Source: Cyanobacteriota bacterium (lineage in GTDB: Bacteria > Cyanobacteriota > Cyanobacteriia > Thermostichales > Thermostichaceae). From it: DNA of 64,000 nt. Below the pieces are notes generated by a model, which ran no database searches, was not told the DNA's origin, and saw only the letters and a list, made by a program, of their open reading frames with translations. The stretch lies in assembly GCA_033764955.1 (NCBI GenBank), contig JANRIL010000029.1, forward strand, positions 1 to 64,000, in the 5' to 3' direction. Positions 60,528-64,000 of the stretch are shown here, one piece after another. Positions within the stretch are counted from its first letter, which is position 1. The number at the start of each line of letters is the position of its first letter. Both the position numbers and the translations under genes were made by a program.

Positions 60528-61052
60528 CTACTTAGGCTGACTCGCCGCATGAAGAGTAATCTTCTCCAGATAACTAAGATCCCAGCCCCGCGCCTTAAAC
60601 TCAGAAGTTGCATTTTCCAGTAGTCCAAACGCATCCACAAATCCGACCTGTTTTCCAGATTCGTCAAGCTGAATCAATGGACCCATCACATGAAACAGAG
60701 TAATCATGGTTTCATCACCTAAGATTTCTAGGGTGTGACTATCCCCAGCCGGCTCATAGACAAAAGCCCCTGGCTCAGCTACCCAATCATACTCTTTGTA
60801 TTTCCACCGTCCTTGCAGGCAATACCCGACAACTGGAGCTGTGTGATGGTGGAGTGCTAACCCTGCTCCAGGTTCACACTTTAATAGTGTGGCAAAGGAG
60901 TTATTGACCAGATTAAACATCAAGAATTTGTTGGAAGTTCCATTCTCGTAAGGAAGCCAAAACCCATCCTCTGCTAAAATGGCATACCCATCAAAATAGT
61001 TGTTCTTCTTAAAGAAGAATTCAGCAGCGTGTGTGCTATAAGTGCCGCTCAT
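60528..61052 (-). CDS. Cupin, 2,4'-dihydroxyacetophenone dioxygenase/ChrR-like
   Basis: HHH, G.W.Y.E..W.A..G.FVYEP.G..HTL metal-binding motifs. Start moved to MSGTY. Confidence 0.85.
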   Translation of the reverse strand: MSGTYSTHAAEFFFKKNNYFDGYAILAEDGFWLPYENGTSNKFLMFNLVNNSFATLLKCEPGAGLALHHHTAPVVGYCLQGRWKYKEYDWVAEPGAFVYEPAGDSHTLEILGDETMITLFHVMGPLIQLDESGKQVGFVDAFGLLENATSEFKARGWDLSYLEKITLHAASQPK

Positions 61053-61220
61053 GGTTCTCAACCTCTCTTGTCGTGAGTTGTCGTAAAGTACCTTGCAAAT
61101 CCTGTAATGATGCCCAGATTTTAATGAGGTCTGGGCTGCTCTCAATCTTTTTCAACAGGGTGATTTAAGAGTACTGTGCGTAGCTACGCTCCGTATCGAG
61201 CATAGTTATCCTGATAAAAG

Positions 61221-62315
61221 TTAGCTGGATAATCCTAGTTTTTGTCTAAGCAAATCAGCAATTTCATCATAGCCAAATTTGATCGCCATATCGAGGGGAG
61301 TATTGCCATCATGACCAATCAAATCCAGTTTAGGGATCCCAGATTCGATCAATATCTTGGCTGCTTTGAGACTGCCTTGCCAAAGACTATCATGCAATGC
61401 TGTATATCCATTGTATGGACCTTGGGCATCTACAACTTCAGCAAAATCCTTGTGCTGAGCTAACACCTCTACCACATCGGCATGTTGCATATAGCAAGAT
61501 TTATGGATAGGAGTAGCTAACATAAAAGCATCCACAGCATGTAGGTCAGCTCCCGCTTCTAGAAGCATTTTGACAACCTCCGTTTGCCCCATCGTCGCGG
61601 CAAATAGAAGGGGAGTTTGCCCATCAAAAGCAGTACTCTCAATCGGTGAGGGAACATTTACATCCTCTCCGGCTGCGATCAACTGGCGGACTGTTTCAAT
61701 CTGTTCTTCGGCAGTCAACTTGCCATCAAAATTGCCAATGGCCGCATAGATTTTTTGAGCCGATTTTTTGGCGGCGAGTCGCTGATCATAAGCATCAAAC
61801 AAGGCGGTCATCTGCTTAATTTGCTCAGCTCGCAACGGATTAGTGGTCGCAATGGTAGTGGTATCTACACCAAAGGTAATCAACTCACGGGGGCTAAAAC
61901 GAATGTCGGCGTTGATATAAGGACTAATACTCTCCTGCTCTAGCAAAAAAGCCACCATATCCACTTGGCGATACCAGACTGCACTCCAGAGAGCAGTCAT
62001 CCCATTGGTATGGCATTGTAAGTTGATGGGGGCTCCTGCTTTTAACAAAGTGGCGGCCACGCCCACATTGCCTCCCTGGGCGGCTAAATGCAGTGCAGAG
62101 ATACCGATTACATTGTCCAAAATATTGACATCGGCTCCCCGTTCTAAGAGTAAATTAACGATATCCAATAGTCCCAAGCCAGAAGCCGCCATGAGAGGGG
62201 TTCGTCCCCCACTGTTCTTCTGATCGGGATCCGTCCCCGCATCCAAAAGAGCTTGAACTTGAGCAACATCTTTAGACCAGACAGCCTCATGTAAAGGAGG
62301 TTGGGTTAGATTCAT
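61221..62315 (-). CDS. Ankyrin repeat protein
   Basis: Repeated GRTPLMAA, SALHLAA, GMTALWSA, GQTPLLFA, GYTALHD, GNTPLDMA. Confidence 0.93.
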   Translation of the reverse strand: MNLTQPPLHEAVWSKDVAQVQALLDAGTDPDQKNSGGRTPLMAASGLGLLDIVNLLLERGADVNILDNVIGISALHLAAQGGNVGVAATLLKAGAPINLQCHTNGMTALWSAVWYRQVDMVAFLLEQESISPYINADIRFSPRELITFGVDTTTIATTNPLRAEQIKQMTALFDAYDQRLAAKKSAQKIYAAIGNFDGKLTAEEQIETVRQLIAAGEDVNVPSPIESTAFDGQTPLLFAATMGQTEVVKMLLEAGADLHAVDAFMLATPIHKSCYMQHADVVEVLAQHKDFAEVVDAQGPYNGYTALHDSLWQGSLKAAKILIESGIPKLDLIGHDGNTPLDMAIKFGYDEIADLLRQKLGLSS

Positions 62316-62930
62316 AAAACTTCACCCACAAAGATAAACAAAGAATAAGCCTGAGCTAACACCCACAAACAAGCATTCTATGGCTAACCAAAAAACCAGT
62401 TTGAGAACTCCTACTCCTGCAAAGCTAAAAAAGTCTATCGATTATTCTGTCTTACTGATCACCCTCAAGGATAGACGCCACCCCAAAAGTTTACGCAGAA
62501 GATCCAACCAGAGGGGAAAAACCCGAACAAAAATGGGGAAATTTTGGGGTTGCCACCAGTTTGTAAGTTGGGTTTTCCAATTCAAGCTGACTAATCAAAT
62601 AAACTAAGCCAAGCTTAGGTTTTGCTCACAAATTTAGGTTTATCGGAAACAGGGCATCGAATGCATTACCTCATACGATACCAAGCTTTTTTGATAAACG
62701 ATCTTAAAAATAATCTGTATAAACCCAGCAGGTATTGGTGTCCCAGGTCACAATCTTGTGCGTTTGGGAGATCCGTGAACCCAGATTTGGGGGATTGGGT
62801 TAAAAAAAACTAAAGAATTTGCCTTGATTTTGTCAATAACAAAAGCCTATCGGGACGACTACCTTGAGGTTGTTGCCAACCTTAACCGTGCTACTCCCCA
62901 GGCGGCAAGAGTAGGGATCCCGGTTCGCTT

Positions 62931-63527
62931 CTACCCTTCATCCTCTTCATCGGCGTGAAAAGGGGAGCGATAGGTCGAATAGGTACTACGGCTAGTTTTT
63001 TTGATATTGTCTTTGATCGTTTCCAGATCGATATAGCGATCTGCTAGGTTAATTAATTGGTCGCTGGTCATCGAGCGCAGACTAACCACTTCGACCCGTA
63101 CCCCCTGATAACTGACAGCATTGACCGCATAAGCTAAATCCCCATCGCCACTCACCAAAATGGCCGTTTCATACCAGCGCACCAAAGCCAGCATATCGAC
63201 AGCAATCTCCACATCCAGATTGGCTTTTTTCGATCCATCTGGCAGTTGCATTAAATCTTTGGTAATTACCCGATACCCATTACGCCGCATCCACAACAAA
63301 AATCCTTGCTGCTTTTCGTTGCTGCGATCTACCCCCGTATAGAAGAATGAACGCAGTAGACGGGATCCCCCTGTTAAGGCAACCAGCAATTTGGTGTAGT
63401 CAATCTCAATCCCCAGCTGCAAAGCCGCGTAGAACAGGTTAGAGCCATCGATAAAAATTGCCACACGACCACGATTCTCTAGCACCTGCTCCGGGAAATA
63501 TCCAGGATCCGGTTCAGGACGTAACAT
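62931..63527 (-). CDS. NYN domain protein, LabA family (LalA-like)
   Basis: VAIFIDGSNLFY, KANLDVEIAVD, LVSGDGD, ADRYIDL. Start moved to MLRPEP. Confidence 0.9.
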   Translation of the reverse strand: MLRPEPDPGYFPEQVLENRGRVAIFIDGSNLFYAALQLGIEIDYTKLLVALTGGSRLLRSFFYTGVDRSNEKQQGFLLWMRRNGYRVITKDLMQLPDGSKKANLDVEIAVDMLALVRWYETAILVSGDGDLAYAVNAVSYQGVRVEVVSLRSMTSDQLINLADRYIDLETIKDNIKKTSRSTYSTYRSPFHADEEDEG

Positions 63528-63811
63528 TATGTGTTGATCTCCAGGATTATTACCAAAAATTTGCTTAAAGGATTCACTCAAAACTGGCTGGGATGAAAAA
63601 TAAAGAGGGTTTTGAAAAAGGTAGCTAACCGAAATCGCGGAAGTGCGACGAGCGCAAGTCCCTGCCCAGATAGCTGTTGGATTGTATGCTTCCTTTTGCC
63701 AAGGGATTGGGGCTTGCATGACCCCAAAGATTAGGATCAGCCTATCTTTCACCCTAACTCAGAACTAAGACTTGTTAGGTTAAAACACCTAAAGAAAATT
63801 GGAAAGAACCG

Positions 63812-64000
63812 TTACAGCAGTCGCAAAAAGACGGGTTCGGGGGGTTGGGGGATCTGCTGGGCAGGCAGTTGTCCCCAACTGGTCAGATCCCAGTGCAAGT
63901 GACGGGGATCCTGATAGCCAAAGCCCAACTGCTGCAGGATCTTCAGGCTGATTTGTGGGATCAAGGGGGAGAGCATGACCGCCGCCAGCCGAACCGATTC
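63812..64000 (-). CDS. metG: Methionine--tRNA ligase, C-terminal end (truncated by window end)
   Basis: Hand translation ESVRLAAVMLSPLIPQISLKILQQLG...WGQL...PEPVFLRLL* matches the end of the cyanobacterial MetRS anticodon-binding domain. Confidence 0.8.
   Translation of the reverse strand, partial: ESVRLAAVMLSPLIPQISLKILQQLGFGYQDPRHLHWDLTSWGQLPAQQIPQPPEPVFLRLL

Larger units (their letters stand above)
1936..63368. repeat. Dispersed highly iterated palindrome GGGATCCC (HIP1 analogue)
   Basis: Many copies in coding and intergenic DNA (e.g. 1936, 2317, 2999, 54109, 57306). No GCGATCGC noticed by eye. Confidence 0.9.

Noticed and set aside
62380..62813. Two short plus-strand ORFs (75 and 63 aa)
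   Set aside because: No motifs or clear RBS; more likely the regulatory leader of the minus-strand cluster.
45714..62930. Possible mobile island or prophage
   Set aside because: No integrase, transposase, tRNA target or terminal repeats; the host palindrome is present throughout.

Overview
This is cyanobacterial chromosomal DNA. The palindrome GGGATCCC is very frequent and I saw no canonical HIP1 (GCGATCGC), which suggests a Thermostichus (hot-spring 'Synechococcus' OS-A/OS-B')-related lineage (inference). The window opens in the 3' half of a 5S rRNA gene with its terminator, followed by a convergent, unusually AT-rich pheA. A scrambled housekeeping region follows: DUF5682, xth, recJ, a TMEM175 channel, a giant Ser/Thr-kinase/His-kinase hybrid, efp, moxR-DUF58, a CAB-less hemH, the rpmJ-rpsM-rpsK-rpoA-rplQ-truA-rplM-rpsI-rpmE-prfA operon, ilvB, an HtrA protease and a transglutaminase. 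The window ends at a NYN (LalA-like) gene and the 3' end of metG. Five things stand out. (1) A 16.5-kb, 13-gene co-oriented locus (45766-62315) resembles an expanded Synechocystis icfG cluster: three sensor-fused PP2C phosphatases, two RsbW-like kinases, two STAS proteins flanking glgX, plus CGTase-like, AGE-epimerase, DJ-1, cupin and ankyrin genes, and no sigma factor. (2) A pepsin-like lipoprotein (DUF3443-like) is paired with a DUF2844-like gene, next to an unannotated 53-aa micro-lipoprotein. (3) A protein O-mannosyltransferase is fused to a His-less CheA-type Hpt domain. (4) The 5S rRNA has a non-canonical loop E. (5) A PBP4-like protein has lost its catalytic motifs. I saw no CRISPR array, tRNA, transposase or integrase. 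All family calls come from motif recognition by eye, without database searches.
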